Positions 39,535 through 52,694 are shown, counted from the first letter of the stretch. The stretch: 64,000 bases of DNA from Candidatus Daviesbacteria bacterium (GCA_030648435.1 JAUSHE010000014.1:4466-68465), one strand, 5' to 3'. Notes: generated by a model from the letters alone, not told the origin. Made by a program: numbers and translations.

Positions 39535-41007
39535 ATGTTTTCTTCTTGGAATAAATATGTACTACTCTTTTTCTTAACTTACTTATCTATTGGTTTATTT
39601 ATATATAAAGATTATGGCATATCCTGGGACGAACCATCACAAAGACAGGTGGGTTATGTGAACTATGTTTATTTAACAGGTAAGGATAAGGAGGTGCTGT
39701 CTAATTTTGCAGATAAATATTATGGTCCTGTTTTTGAACTACCACTAATAATAATGGAGAGAGTTTTACGTGTTGAGGATCCCAAGACTATTTATCAGAT
39801 GAGGCACCTGATAACTTTTGGTATTTTTTATCTCGGTGTAATTTTTTTCTATTTTTTGAATACATTAATCTTTAATGACAAAAAGTATGGATTGATTGCC
39901 TGCGTCTTATTGGTCTTAAGTCCTCGAATATTTGCTGATAGTTTTTATAATTCAAAAGATATCCCTTTTCTTTCTTTTTTTATAATCTCAACATTCACGC
40001 TCTTCAAATTAATAGAAAAAAGGTCGTGGAAGTGGGTCTTCCTTCATGCGTTCGCTACAACTTTGTTGGTAGGAATTAGAGCGATAGGTATTATTATGCC
40101 TTTAATAACACTTCTGGTTCTGTTAAAAGAGAATTTTATTCATCATAAGACATTTCTTAAAAAAATAGTTGTATACCTGTTTGTTACCATGCTAATGATT
40201 GTACTTTCTTGGCCTCTTTTATGGATGAATCCGTTAAATATACTTAGCGTGTTAAAGAATATGGTAAATTTCAATTATCAAACTAATTTACCTATTTTAT
40301 ACATGGGTAAATATATATCTCCTTTTTCCGTTCCGTGGCACTATATCCCTGTGTGGATTTTTATTACGGTACCCGTAACGTACGGCGTATTATTTGTAAT
40401 TGGGTTAATTAGAACGATTTTTGAAAAGAATGTTTTAAATCTAGTGTTGTTATTATTAATTATCTCTCCGGTTATTGGAGTAATTATCTTACATTCGACG
40501 TTATATGATGGTTGGAGGCATCTATATTTTGTCTATCCCTTTATGGTGATTTTTATGGTTAGAGGACTTAAATCGGTGCCCCGACCTTTAGTTATTTTAA
40601 CTTGCATAGAAATAGTCACAGTTATAATTTTTATGTGGAGATATCATCCTTATCAGAATCTATATTTTAATATTGCATTGAATCAGAATATGAAAGAGGT
40701 AAAACAGAATTACGAGCTTGACTATTGGGGTTTATCCTACCGTCAAGCCTTAGAGTTTATAGTGAAAAATGATTCTGCTGAAAAAATACCTGTTCTTGTT
40801 GCAAATAATCCGGGAAATTCGAATTCTTTAATGTTGGATCAAGTTGATCGTCAAAGGTTACAATATTTACCGGACGGTGATCTTACAAATGCTAAATATT
40901 TTGTGAGTAATTACCGATGGCATATTGATGATTATAGTTATGGACAAGAAGTGTATAATTTCCAGATAGGAGGAGCAAAAATTATATCAGTTTACAAATT
41001 AAAATAG
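39535..41007 (+). CDS. Polytopic membrane protein, GT-C candidate (DE motif).
   Basis: 490 aa with GISWDEPSQRQVGYVNYVYLTGKD after the first TM. Confidence 0.5.
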   Translation: MFSSWNKYVLLFFLTYLSIGLFIYKDYGISWDEPSQRQVGYVNYVYLTGKDKEVLSNFADKYYGPVFELPLIIMERVLRVEDPKTIYQMRHLITFGIFYLGVIFFYFLNTLIFNDKKYGLIACVLLVLSPRIFADSFYNSKDIPFLSFFIISTFTLFKLIEKRSWKWVFLHAFATTLLVGIRAIGIIMPLITLLVLLKENFIHHKTFLKKIVVYLFVTMLMIVLSWPLLWMNPLNILSVLKNMVNFNYQTNLPILYMGKYISPFSVPWHYIPVWIFITVPVTYGVLFVIGLIRTIFEKNVLNLVLLLLIISPVIGVIILHSTLYDGWRHLYFVYPFMVIFMVRGLKSVPRPLVILTCIEIVTVIIFMWRYHPYQNLYFNIALNQNMKEVKQNYELDYWGLSYRQALEFIVKNDSAEKIPVLVANNPGNSNSLMLDQVDRQRLQYLPDGDLTNAKYFVSNYRWHIDDYSYGQEVYNFQIGGAKIISVYKLK

Positions 41008-42192
41008 ATGATTAAGAAGATAACAGTATTATTTCTGACCTGGAGAATAGGGTTATTTGTAGTTGCCGCTTTAGCGGTTAAATTCATTCCGGTTTTCGGG
41101 AACCGTTTTCCTTATTTTAATCAGGTATTGGCAGTGACAGGATTGCCTTCGTGGGTGTGGGGATTTGGAAATTTTGACGGGGTGCATTATTTAAGAATTG
41201 CCCAAAACGGCTACAACGCAGAGTACTCTCAAGCCTTCTTCCCGCTATATCCTTTGTTGGTACACTTCTTTACAAATCTAAATTTACTCGTACACAAGAA
41301 TCCGATACTTGACACTAGAATTTATGTAGATCCCAGTTATTTCTTTACGGGATTCATACTTTCAAATATTTTTTTTCTATTGGCACTTATATTCTTCTAT
41401 AAATTAGTAAGGATAGACTTCAGTCAAAAAGTAGCTTTTGGAGCGTTAATTTTATTGGTATCTTTTCCTACATCTTTTTACTTTGGCTCCATTTATACAG
41501 AGTCACTCTTTTTATTTCTGTCATTAGGAGCAATTTATTTTGCAAGAAAAGGTAACTTTCTTGCTGCTGGTGTATTTACTATGTTTGCTTCTGCTACAAG
41601 AATTTTCGGTTTACTTTTGATTCCGCTTATCTTGAATGAAATTTATATAAGATTGAAGAAAGAAGGATTAAGTTTAAGAAGCGGAGAATTAACGAAAGCA
41701 ATTATAGGAGTTTTACTAACTCCTTTTGGCAGTTTACTTTATATGTTATATTTAAAATTAAATTTTGATAACCCGTTATATTTTTTAACTTCACAACCAC
41801 TTTTTGGCGCCGAGAGAACCTCGGGAGGTTTCATTTTGTTACCTCAAGTTATTTATAGATATCTAAAAATTTTTATGACTGTTCCTATTTCATCTCAACT
41901 ATTTTTTAATGCATTTTTAGAATTCAGTTTTACAATTGTTGCTTTGGTATGCTTATTGTTATTTGTTAAAAAAATGAGGATCAGCTATTTTATATTCACT
42001 TTAGGCTGTTTGATTATGCCTACTTTGACAGGAACACTCTCTTCGATGCCCAGGTATTCTTTAATGGGTTTTTTGCTTCTTCCTTTTATTGTGCAATCAA
42101 CAAAAGGATACTATAAATTAGTGGCTGGTTTATTTATAATTATTGGAATTATTCTAACAAGCCTTTTTATTAGAGGTTATTGGGTAGCATAA
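41008..42192 (+). CDS. GT-C membrane protein, PIG-V/Mannosyl_trans2 (GT76)-like.
   Basis: GNFDGVHYLRIAQNGYNAEYSQAFFPLYPLL closely resembles the conserved motif of GPI mannosyltransferase 2 and its bacterial homologs. 394 aa, polytopic. Confidence 0.55.
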   Translation: MIKKITVLFLTWRIGLFVVAALAVKFIPVFGNRFPYFNQVLAVTGLPSWVWGFGNFDGVHYLRIAQNGYNAEYSQAFFPLYPLLVHFFTNLNLLVHKNPILDTRIYVDPSYFFTGFILSNIFFLLALIFFYKLVRIDFSQKVAFGALILLVSFPTSFYFGSIYTESLFLFLSLGAIYFARKGNFLAAGVFTMFASATRIFGLLLIPLILNEIYIRLKKEGLSLRSGELTKAIIGVLLTPFGSLLYMLYLKLNFDNPLYFLTSQPLFGAERTSGGFILLPQVIYRYLKIFMTVPISSQLFFNAFLEFSFTIVALVCLLLFVKKMRISYFIFTLGCLIMPTLTGTLSSMPRYSLMGFLLLPFIVQSTKGYYKLVAGLFIIIGIILTSLFIRGYWVA

Positions 42193-42202
42193 ATAAATTT
42201 AA

Positions 42203-42862
42203 ATGAATATCTTTATTGTGATTCCGGTGTTTAATGAGAGTAAAAAGATTGAAGGGGTTTTGACTGATCTTAAAGGTTTAGGTCTTCCGATTATTGTTGT
42301 TGATGACGGATCTAAGGATTCTACTTTAGAGAAGGTAAAGAAGTTTCAGGTTACAGTATTGAGACATAGAATTAATCTGGGCAAGGGAGCTGCATTAAAA
42401 ACCGGTTGCGAAGTAGCCATCTCGATGGGTGCTGATGCAATAATAATGATGGATTCAGATGGGCAGCATAAGGGAGAAGACTTGCCTAAATTTATTAATG
42501 CGTTAGAAACTAAAAAAGTAGATATCGTTTTTGGTTCCAGAAATTTAAGTATGGGTGTGCCTTTAGTAAGATTTCTTGGAAATAAATTTGCCTCCGTCTT
42601 AATTGTATTGTTTTTCAAGATTTACGTTTCTGATTTAATTTGCGGATACCGGGCCTTAACGAAGAAAGCTTATATGCAAATGAATCTTAAGTCGTCTGGT
42701 TACGGGATCGAGACTGAGATGGTGGTGAAGGTAGCAAAATTGAAACTAAGATATTGCGAGATCCCCATTGAAACAATATACTATGATAGGTTTAAAGGAG
42801 TAACGATTATGGATGCTTTTGGTGTTTTATTTAATGTAGTTAAATGGAGAATTTTTAAATGA
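42203..42862 (+). CDS. GT2 polyprenyl-phosphate glycosyltransferase (Dpm1/ArnC-like).
   Basis: IFIVIPVFNE, IIVVDDGSKDST and MDSDGQH motifs. 219 aa. Confidence 0.8.
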   Translation: MNIFIVIPVFNESKKIEGVLTDLKGLGLPIIVVDDGSKDSTLEKVKKFQVTVLRHRINLGKGAALKTGCEVAISMGADAIIMMDSDGQHKGEDLPKFINALETKKVDIVFGSRNLSMGVPLVRFLGNKFASVLIVLFFKIYVSDLICGYRALTKKAYMQMNLKSSGYGIETEMVVKVAKLKLRYCEIPIETIYYDRFKGVTIMDAFGVLFNVVKWRIFK

Positions 42863-43183
42863 TTTTAGGATTGCAAATTATTGCCGTTATATTTGCTCTT
42901 ATAATGATTTATTTTGCGTATCTTCATTATAGGAGAGGCGAGATAAATGGTTTAGAGATGTTTTTTTGGCTCCTTGCCTGGACAGGTGCGGTATTTATTG
43001 CCCTCTTTCCGGAAATATTCAGGGTATTTTCTGCTACAATTGCAATTTCGCGGGCTTTTGATCTGGCTATGATAGGTGGATTTGTACTGGTGATTCCGAT
43101 CGTCTATAGTGCTTATATCAGAACAAAGAGGTTAGAAAAGAAACTTGAAGAACTTATCAGAAAGGATGCTTTAAAAGGTTTGA

Positions 43184-45631
<2,448 letters not shown>

Positions 45632-45635
<4 letters not shown>

Positions 45636-46513
45636 GTTAATTTAATCAATCTGCCATTATTTTTAACAGATTTTTCTATTGCGGAAAGAATTTTCACTAC
45701 AGAAACCCCACAATCTATATTAGAAGTAATTTTTTTAATACCTTGGATTGCTTGTGTGAATTCTACTAATTCTTCAGTTAAAGCAGATCCGGTAGTTTTG
45801 GTGTAATCCAATTCCCTCTTTTTATTTTTTCTTTTGATAGTTAGTCTTCTAACCTTATGCGATCCCAGCCAGCTAATACTTATTGAAGCTTCTATTCCGT
45901 TTGCAAACCGTATTAAAGCATTTGTCGTGTCATATAGCTTATTGTTTGGATCTGCTATTGAACCAGTTGCCGTCACCTCTACTACTGGTTGTTTAATTAA
46001 ATCAAGAAATATTGAAACTGGATGAGGGCCCCAGTCCCAGATGACAGAGATATCATTTCTAATATGACTACTTAGTCCCTCAAAATGCATGGAATTGATC
46101 GTTTTTGTATCTTCTAGTGCTTTTTTAAATGATTGATATGCTGGGTCATATATATAAGTATGGCCGATTAAAACTTGAGGTTTTTTATTTTGCCATATTT
46201 TTCGTAATTCAAAAGCTTGTCGATAGTTTGTGGTAAAAGGTTTTTCAACCAGTAGATTATTGCCTAAAGACAGTAGTTTTTTAGCTATAACAAAATGTGT
46301 TGAAGCTGGAGTTGCAAGAATAAAACCTTCTATATCTTTGTATTTAAGTAAATCATTAACTGATAAGGTTTTGATATAAGCGTGAGGCAAGAGGTTTAAT
46401 GTTTGTTGAGTTTGAGCGCAGACGTATTTTATTTGAACATTTTTTAATGTAGCAGCAGTACGCAAATAATTCTGACCCCATTTACCAATACCGATAAGAG
46501 CCAAAGTAATCAT
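45632..46513 (-). CDS. Gfo/Idh/MocA-family NAD(P)-dependent sugar oxidoreductase.
   Basis: MITLALIGIGKWGQNY Rossmann motif and an EKP motif. The track start at 46576 would overlap the upstream gene by 62 nt, so I chose the internal ATG at 46513. Confidence 0.65.
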
Positions 46514-46514
46514 T

Positions 46515-47573
46515 TTACAGATGATAATTTTGCTTAAACCATTTAATTGTTTGTTTGAGGCCTGTTTTAAGATCAACTTTTGGTTCGTAATTTAATTGCT
46601 TTATAATTTTTGTTAAATCAGGACAACGCCTTTGTGGTTCTCCGGCAGGGTAATTTAGTGGGTAATTTTTTCTCCGTGGCTTAGATCCGTTATTTAACAT
46701 ATCTACTATAGTTTGGGCTAGCTCAAACATGCCAATTTCCGGCTTATCATTGCCAATGTTATACACCTCTCCTGTTTTTCCGGAGATTAATACTTTAAGG
46801 ATTGCTACAATTGCATCTGTTATATAGCAAAAAGTTCGTGTTTGAACCCCTTTGTCGTGTACGGGGAGATTTTTACCTTTTAAGCCATTATAAATAAAGG
46901 TAGGAATCACACGGTAATCAATATGTTTCATGCCTGGTCCGTATATGTTAAAGGGTCGAACAATCTTAACGGGAATATTATAAATCTGATGATAAGTAAT
47001 ACATAATGTTTCAGCTAGTCGCTTGGATTCATCATAGCAAGCTCTTGGTCCTACACTTGAAACATGCCCGGCATAGGTTTCCGGAGTTGGAACAAATTTA
47101 GGATCCGGATCACCGTATATTTCACTGGACGAAAAAAACAAAAAGCTTACCGGTTTAGTTATTCGTGCCAACTCTAACAAATTTTTTGCGCCCAATATTG
47201 CACTCTCTATTGTTTCTAAAGGATATTTTTTATAGTAGAAGGGAGAAGCAAGTCCTGCTGCATGAATAATATAGTCTACTTTATCAGTTGTAATTACCGG
47301 GAGCCTTATATCTCCGTCCTGAAACTGGAAATTCTTATCTTTAATATCCAGTAAGAAATTTTTCTTCGAACCGGTTATATAATTATCAATTGATATCACT
47401 TTACATTTGTTTTTAAACACTTTTTTATTTAACAGATATAAAACTGCGTTAATATAACTTCCTATAAATCCTGATCCTCCGGATATAAGAATTGTTTTGC
47501 CTTCAAGAGCTTTTGCTTCTTCTTTGATATCGCTGACAATAGTATTTAGGAGTTGAGAAGTAATTTTTGACAT
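46515..47573 (-). CDS. UDP-glucuronate decarboxylase (UXS)-like extended SDR, an NAD-dependent epimerase/dehydratase.
   Basis: ILISGGSGFIGSY and SSSEIYGDP...GPRACYDESKRLAETL closely match the UXS/ArnA-decarboxylase signature. Confidence 0.65.
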   Translation of the reverse strand: MSKITSQLLNTIVSDIKEEAKALEGKTILISGGSGFIGSYINAVLYLLNKKVFKNKCKVISIDNYITGSKKNFLLDIKDKNFQFQDGDIRLPVITTDKVDYIIHAAGLASPFYYKKYPLETIESAILGAKNLLELARITKPVSFLFFSSSEIYGDPDPKFVPTPETYAGHVSSVGPRACYDESKRLAETLCITYHQIYNIPVKIVRPFNIYGPGMKHIDYRVIPTFIYNGLKGKNLPVHDKGVQTRTFCYITDAIVAILKVLISGKTGEVYNIGNDKPEIGMFELAQTIVDMLNNGSKPRRKNYPLNYPAGEPQRRCPDLTKIIKQLNYEPKVDLKTGLKQTIKWFKQNYHL

Positions 47574-48827
47574 TTATATTATTTTTGCTTTTGGAACAGG
47601 TATTATAAAACGACCACCGTTTATTTTAAAGCTTGATAATTTATCCATAATTGGATTGGCAAAATTCCAAGCTAGGATGAATATATAATCAGGTTTGGTC
47701 TCTGAGATTTTATTAAAAGGAAAGACTGGGATATGAGTACCAGGAGTATAGAGTCCTTGTTTATACGCACTGTCGTCTACTATATAATCTAGAATTTGTG
47801 GTCCAATTTTATAGAAATTTAGCAAAGTATTCCCCTTTGCCGGAGCACCGTATCCTACGATAGTCTTTCCCTGCGATTTCAATTTTTTAAGAAGAACAGT
47901 AAGTTCTCTCCTGTTATTTTTAATGGCTTTTGCGAAATCCAGATATGTTTTGGTTTCATTAAGTCCTAAGTTTTTTTCCTCGTCCAAGAACTTTTGTACA
48001 GCTTTCTTTACTTTGTATTTAGCGCCCATTTTTTTACCATAGATCCGTAGTGACCCACCGTGAGAACTGACCTTTTTGGCGTCAAATATTTCCATGTTCA
48101 GTCTTTTAAAAATTGCAGAGAGAGATCTGACCGAAAGATATGATAAATGTTCATGGTAGATTGTATCGAATAGATTCTTTTTTATAAAATCAATCAGATA
48201 CGGAAATTCAATTACAAAAACCCCGTCGTCTTTAGTTAAAATTTTAACTGATTCTATAATCTCATCTAAATCGTGAATATGGGCAAAGGCATTATTGGCG
48301 GTGACAACATCAGCCTGTCCGAATTTATCTACAATGTTTTTGGCGACTTTAGTGTTTAGGAAAAAAGGTAAAGTTTGAAGGCCTGAGTTCGTTGCTTTCT
48401 TTGCGATTTTTATTGCAGGGTCGACCCCCAGTATTTTGATACCGGCTTTTTTTAACGGTCTAAGCAAAATTCCATCATTGCTACCTATATCAACCACCAA
48501 AGATTTTTTGTTTAATTTAAACCTTTTTATTAAATCGCCGGCATATTCTTCGAAATGAGTAACAAAAACAGCTGAAGTAGAGGATACGTAGACATAATTT
48601 CTAAAAAGTAATTCCGGAGAAACAACATGGGTTAGTTGCAACTGGCCGCAATCGATACAAAAATTGACTTGTAACGGAAAAAATGATTCATTCTTTTTTA
48701 GATCAGTCTTTGTTAGAAATGCGTTAGCAGGGGGAGTGGGGGACAAGGAGATGATTCTCTTAAGACTTCTTCCCTTACACATTCGGCAGTAGTTTAATTT
48801 AAATACCGAATGATTATTGTTTGTCAT
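47574..48827 (-). CDS. Class I SAM-dependent methyltransferase with an N-terminal zinc ribbon, NDP-hexose C-methyltransferase (TylCIII)-like.
   Basis: Zinc-ribbon cysteines CRMCKG...CIDCG followed by a methyltransferase core (VVDIGSNDGILL). 417 aa. Paralog of the ORF at 55975. Confidence 0.6.
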   Translation of the reverse strand: MTNNNHSVFKLNYCRMCKGRSLKRIISLSPTPPANAFLTKTDLKKNESFFPLQVNFCIDCGQLQLTHVVSPELLFRNYVYVSSTSAVFVTHFEEYAGDLIKRFKLNKKSLVVDIGSNDGILLRPLKKAGIKILGVDPAIKIAKKATNSGLQTLPFFLNTKVAKNIVDKFGQADVVTANNAFAHIHDLDEIIESVKILTKDDGVFVIEFPYLIDFIKKNLFDTIYHEHLSYLSVRSLSAIFKRLNMEIFDAKKVSSHGGSLRIYGKKMGAKYKVKKAVQKFLDEEKNLGLNETKTYLDFAKAIKNNRRELTVLLKKLKSQGKTIVGYGAPAKGNTLLNFYKIGPQILDYIVDDSAYKQGLYTPGTHIPVFPFNKISETKPDYIFILAWNFANPIMDKLSSFKINGGRFIIPVPKAKII

Positions 48828-49218
48828 CCGTGGTAATTTTAATCCTTACTAAATCGTCTTCGTATTTTCCTTGCTGGCGGTGCTCTGTTGTGATAGCCAG
48901 AAAAACCGTATCTTCCATAAATTCCATGGCATGAGCAATCATTGGTTTAGTAAGTACCAGGTCACCAGGTTTTAAAATTACTGATTCTACTTTCGAATTT
49001 GATTTCTTCATATTTTTCTCGGAGTATCTAAATTTTCCGCTTAAACAATACACATAATGAGCATCCTTTTTATGGTAATGATTTGCTCTCTGGGTACCTG
49101 CTTTACTGGTAATATACAAAACTGCTACGAATTTTTTTCCATCATCATTTACCAAACGGGTAATGTATCCCCGGTCATCAATAAATTCTGGTTTTACGTG
49201 AGTTACGTTAATTGCCAT
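48814..49218 (-). CDS. Cupin-fold NDP-4-keto-6-deoxyhexose 3,4-ketoisomerase (FdtA/WxcM C-terminal domain-like).
   Basis: 134 aa cupin. VKPEFIDDRGYI...HYHKKD...AHAMEF pattern with a two-His cupin motif. It sits in a deoxysugar-modification block. Confidence 0.5.
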   Translation of the reverse strand: MAINVTHVKPEFIDDRGYITRLVNDDGKKFVAVLYITSKAGTQRANHYHKKDAHYVYCLSGKFRYSEKNMKKSNSKVESVILKPGDLVLTKPMIAHAMEFMEDTVFLAITTEHRQQGKYEDDLVRIKITTDDKQ

Positions 49219-49304
49219 ATGAATATAGGGTTTAGTGTATAGAGGATTCTGCTTCTTGTCAAGGAATTGCTATTGATAACCCATAGTGATATAATATTAT
49301 TCTT
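49219..49304. promoter_or_regulatory. Divergent promoter region between the FdtA-like gene (-) and the DUF218-like gene (+).
   Basis: On the + strand: TTGCTA (49267-49272), a 17-nt spacer, then TATAAT (49290-49295), only ~10 nt before the ATG at 49305. On the - strand: TTGACA (complement of 49255-49260), a 15-nt spacer, then TATACA. Confidence 0.35.
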
Positions 49305-50021
49305 ATGATTGATAACTTAGATTCTCGGAATATCTATCAAGCAACGACGATGCTTTTGAGCGGTCGTCCAACTAAGCCGGTTGATGTTTTATTTTTCCAT
49401 GGTAGGTTATTTGGGGATGATACCGGTCTTTTTGAGCTGGCAGCTGATTTAGTTAAGAATAAAATGGTAGGAATAGTTGCACTATTTGGTAATGAAGGAG
49501 AAAGGGTTGGAAGTAATATTCCATTTGAAGCCAATCCAGGAAAAACATGGTATAGAAAACAGTTAATAGAGTATGGTGTTCCCCCAGATCAGATTATATT
49601 TGCTGCTGAAGGTGGGTATCATACTGAATTGGAAAGTGATGGTTTTCTTACGTTGGCAGCAGAAAAAGGTTGGTTGAGTGGTGCAATTTTAACTCAACCA
49701 CATCAATTACTTAGGGCCACCTTAGGCATGGTTAGAGCTATGCAGCAACAGTGGTATGTGATGAATGTCTATACAGTAACGCCACCTACAACTAACTGGA
49801 ATGAAATTGTTTTTGGTAGTCAAGGGATGGAGGCGAAACCTAGAGTTGATCATATTGTAGATGAATTAGTGCGTGTGGCAAAATATCAGCAAGACGGAGG
49901 TTTAGTTTCTTTTACAGAACTTTTTGCATATTTGGAAAAAAGGGATCGTAACGAATTAGTGCTTGGACCAACAGAGCGGGGCTCTCAACTTTTTACCAGA
50001 GGTCTACCCTCAGGAATTTAA
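49305..50021 (+). CDS. DUF218/YdcF (SanA/ElyC)-like envelope-associated protein.
   Basis: VDVLFFHG...GYHTELESDGF...AILTQPHQLLRA resembles the DUF218 conserved core. 238 aa. Confidence 0.4.
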   Translation: MIDNLDSRNIYQATTMLLSGRPTKPVDVLFFHGRLFGDDTGLFELAADLVKNKMVGIVALFGNEGERVGSNIPFEANPGKTWYRKQLIEYGVPPDQIIFAAEGGYHTELESDGFLTLAAEKGWLSGAILTQPHQLLRATLGMVRAMQQQWYVMNVYTVTPPTTNWNEIVFGSQGMEAKPRVDHIVDELVRVAKYQQDGGLVSFTELFAYLEKRDRNELVLGPTERGSQLFTRGLPSGI

Positions 50022-50070
50022 GAAAAATATATAGTGGCTTAATATCCGAGAATAGCAATCGGAGATATTT

Positions 50071-51924
50071 GTGTTATATAATTTTGGCTGGATGATAAAA
50101 ACTTTAAAAGTTCATATTGCAGTTAAAGCTTTATTGTATTGGTATATATTTATTTTTATCTCAACTGAAGCTTTGTCCTATTTACATCTTTTGGAAAGAA
50201 ACTATATTCTCACTGCAGAAATCTTTTTTTGGGTAGTTTTCCTCTTTTTTAATCATCAGGAAATCAGGCGAAAAATCCAGGTTATTGATATCCGCTCAAA
50301 GAGCATACTATTTATATTAGCCCTGTTTGGATTAACTTTTATCCAAGGTTTTTTCAGTGCTCCAAGTACAACAGACAGCATGGTTTACCATATCCCAAGA
50401 GTTATGTATTGGATGCAGGAAAAAACTCTTTTTCAGGATGTAATTAGGAACAGTCATGATTATATGGCTCCGTTTGGAGAATATATTTTACTTCATCTAT
50501 ACCTTATTTTTGACAACGACAGGATGTTATTTTTCTCCCAGTGGATTGCTTATGTAGTATCAGTTGTACTCATCGGAATTATAGCTTCTCAATTTGGAGC
50601 AGATCAAAAGACAAAGCAATTAGTCAGGTTATTTACAGCCACATTACCTATTGCTGTTATGCAAGCTTCCAGTACTCAAGTTGACATGGTAGTTACAGTA
50701 TTGGTTCTTTTGAGTTTATACTTATCGATGCTACTTAGACAATTCTATGCTATTAAGCATTCAATATTGCTTGGTTTTGTTATAGGTTTGGGATTTCTAA
50801 CTAAAGCAACCTTTGTGTTTTATGTATTGATACCGATTGGTCTACTATTTTTCTCTTTGTGGCGACAATTTAAAAAATTGATATTAATAATATTACCCAT
50901 ACTGTTATTAACTATTATTCTGCAATTTAGATTTTTATCTCAAAATCTTTTATTATATGGAAATTTTCTTGGAGTAAAAGTATCCGAAAAAGGGGAAGAG
51001 GCGGTTTACATTAATGAAGTAATCAACCCTTCGAGCGTATTATCAAATTTAGTCCGTAATTTTCTTGTTCATCTTCCAATCCCCATCTTTTCATCATATA
51101 TACAAAATACAGTGGTACAACTACATAATTTAATTGGATTTGATATTAACGACCCAAGGATCACTTGCTGTGGTACAGAATTTAGTGTTAAGTCTATTCT
51201 GTATCCGCAGGAAGATATTGTTGCAAATCCGATACATCTAATTATTATTATATCGGGAGGATTTCTGTTTTTTTATAAAAGAAAACAACTTCATATAAAT
51301 CCTCAAATCAAAATCTTATATTTATTAACGATTGCTTCGCTTATTCTTTTTTCAGCATTCATCAAATGGCAACCTTTTCATCCAAGACTGGAGATTCCTT
51401 TTTTTATGGTAGGGACTATGAGTGCTATTATTATTATAAGTAACGCAAAAAAAATAAAACTACTTTATATAGGACTTATTTTATCTAGCGTAATTGTATT
51501 AATAGTGGTATTTCTAAATGTATCCAGGCCTTATATTTCATATAATGTATTTTACAATATGGTAAAAGCTCTCAAGCCTCCCCTTGCAAGTGTTCCTGAA
51601 GCATTTTATGTAAAGCCCCGCCAACAACAATATTTTAACGCCCGGTATTATTGGTATGAACCATATGGAAAAATTATTGATCTTCTCAAAAAAGAGAACA
51701 ATATAGAACTTGCTTTTAATTTAGGAGATGGATTTGAATATCCGTTATGGACGCTTTTCAGAAAATATAAGCTCAATTATCAGGTTGTACCTATGTCTAA
51801 ACTTTCAAAAAACACAATTATCATCTCAACATCGAAAGATCCCTACAAGAGGGAAGGCTATTTGACTGAGTGTATAAAAACTGAGATAGATTATGGTTAT
51901 GCATGTTTAACAATTGCGAACTGA
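50071..51924 (+). CDS. Large polytopic membrane protein, GT-C candidate.
   Basis: 617 aa with more than 12 hydrophobic segments. GTG start at 50071 or ATG at 50092. I recognise no diagnostic motif. Confidence 0.4.
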   Translation: MLYNFGWMIKTLKVHIAVKALLYWYIFIFISTEALSYLHLLERNYILTAEIFFWVVFLFFNHQEIRRKIQVIDIRSKSILFILALFGLTFIQGFFSAPSTTDSMVYHIPRVMYWMQEKTLFQDVIRNSHDYMAPFGEYILLHLYLIFDNDRMLFFSQWIAYVVSVVLIGIIASQFGADQKTKQLVRLFTATLPIAVMQASSTQVDMVVTVLVLLSLYLSMLLRQFYAIKHSILLGFVIGLGFLTKATFVFYVLIPIGLLFFSLWRQFKKLILIILPILLLTIILQFRFLSQNLLLYGNFLGVKVSEKGEEAVYINEVINPSSVLSNLVRNFLVHLPIPIFSSYIQNTVVQLHNLIGFDINDPRITCCGTEFSVKSILYPQEDIVANPIHLIIIISGGFLFFYKRKQLHINPQIKILYLLTIASLILFSAFIKWQPFHPRLEIPFFMVGTMSAIIIISNAKKIKLLYIGLILSSVIVLIVVFLNVSRPYISYNVFYNMVKALKPPLASVPEAFYVKPRQQQYFNARYYWYEPYGKIIDLLKKENNIELAFNLGDGFEYPLWTLFRKYKLNYQVVPMSKLSKNTIIISTSKDPYKREGYLTECIKTEIDYGYACLTIAN

Positions 51925-52694
51925 TTCCAGAAATTTCGATCATATTTTGCCCAGGCGTGACAGCCAAAAGGAAGCTGGTTATTGTTTAGTTCAAAACATT
52001 TTCTAGGAAATCTTTCAAAAGAGAACTTTAGTGCCTCCTTGAAGGGGGCTATCTGGAACTTTGGATAATATTTTACTGCTTCATATGACCAAAAACCATC
52101 TTCATTAAACGGATAGTCTTTTGGTGGAGCATTAAGCCATATCTTGTGGGATCTACTGTTTAAGACTGCCATTATAAACCATAATTTACGAATAAATGGA
52201 TTACTAGAACCTTGTGTAGCTAATTTTTCCGCATAGTCGATAACTTTTATAAAGCTAGACACTTTTCTAAGAGAGAAACCTCCGTTACCACCAGAAATAG
52301 GATTTCCTAATTTGTAAGATAGTCCTCCTATTATTGGGTTAAAAAAAGGTGCTCCAATATAATCATATCCTTTATCACACCAAAAATTTAGCTGGTCAGA
52401 AAAAACCAAAGCATCAAGCTGATATATAAATATATACTTGTAGTTTACAAAGGGTCGATAAAAATCCCTAGTAATTAACAGGGCTGAATAAGTTCGTACA
52501 CTGGTAAAATTTTCTGAAGCAAATCTAATTATTTTTTTTGATCTAATCTTTTTAAATATTTTCGTATCCAAACTCTCTGGAATAACTAAATAGAGATCGT
52601 AACTCCTCAAGAATTTATTTAGATGATTCAATGAGACTTGTTCGTCACGGGTTATCATTCTAAAGATTGGAATAACTATGGCAACTTTTTTCAT
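51897..52694 (-). CDS. DUF5672-like protein, a putative glycosyltransferase.
   Basis: 265 aa with a GGNGGFSLRK motif and a VAIVIPIF N-terminus, typical of DUF5672 proteins found in glycan loci. Confidence 0.45.
   Translation of the reverse strand: MKKVAIVIPIFRMITRDEQVSLNHLNKFLRSYDLYLVIPESLDTKIFKKIRSKKIIRFASENFTSVRTYSALLITRDFYRPFVNYKYIFIYQLDALVFSDQLNFWCDKGYDYIGAPFFNPIIGGLSYKLGNPISGGNGGFSLRKVSSFIKVIDYAEKLATQGSSNPFIRKLWFIMAVLNSRSHKIWLNAPPKDYPFNEDGFWSYEAVKYYPKFQIAPFKEALKFSFERFPRKCFELNNNQLPFGCHAWAKYDRNFWNQFAIVKHA

Noticed and set aside
46515-46576. Apparent long same-strand gene overlaps (62 nt at 46515-46576, 46 nt at 54578-54623, 44 nt at 14761-14804).
   Set aside because: In each case an internal ATG (or ATG versus TTG) start just downstream of the neighbour's stop gives a sensible N-terminus (e.g. 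MITLALIGIGKWG). They are most likely start-codon over-extension in the track, not real long overlaps.
49305-50021. Considered whether the DUF218-like gene and the downstream 617-aa membrane protein form a separate, non-glycan system such as a transporter.
   Set aside because: DUF218/YdcF proteins are themselves tied to envelope polysaccharide biogenesis. The membrane protein has no transporter motifs that I could see. The more economical reading is that both belong to the same glycan theme. Confidence in either assignment is low.
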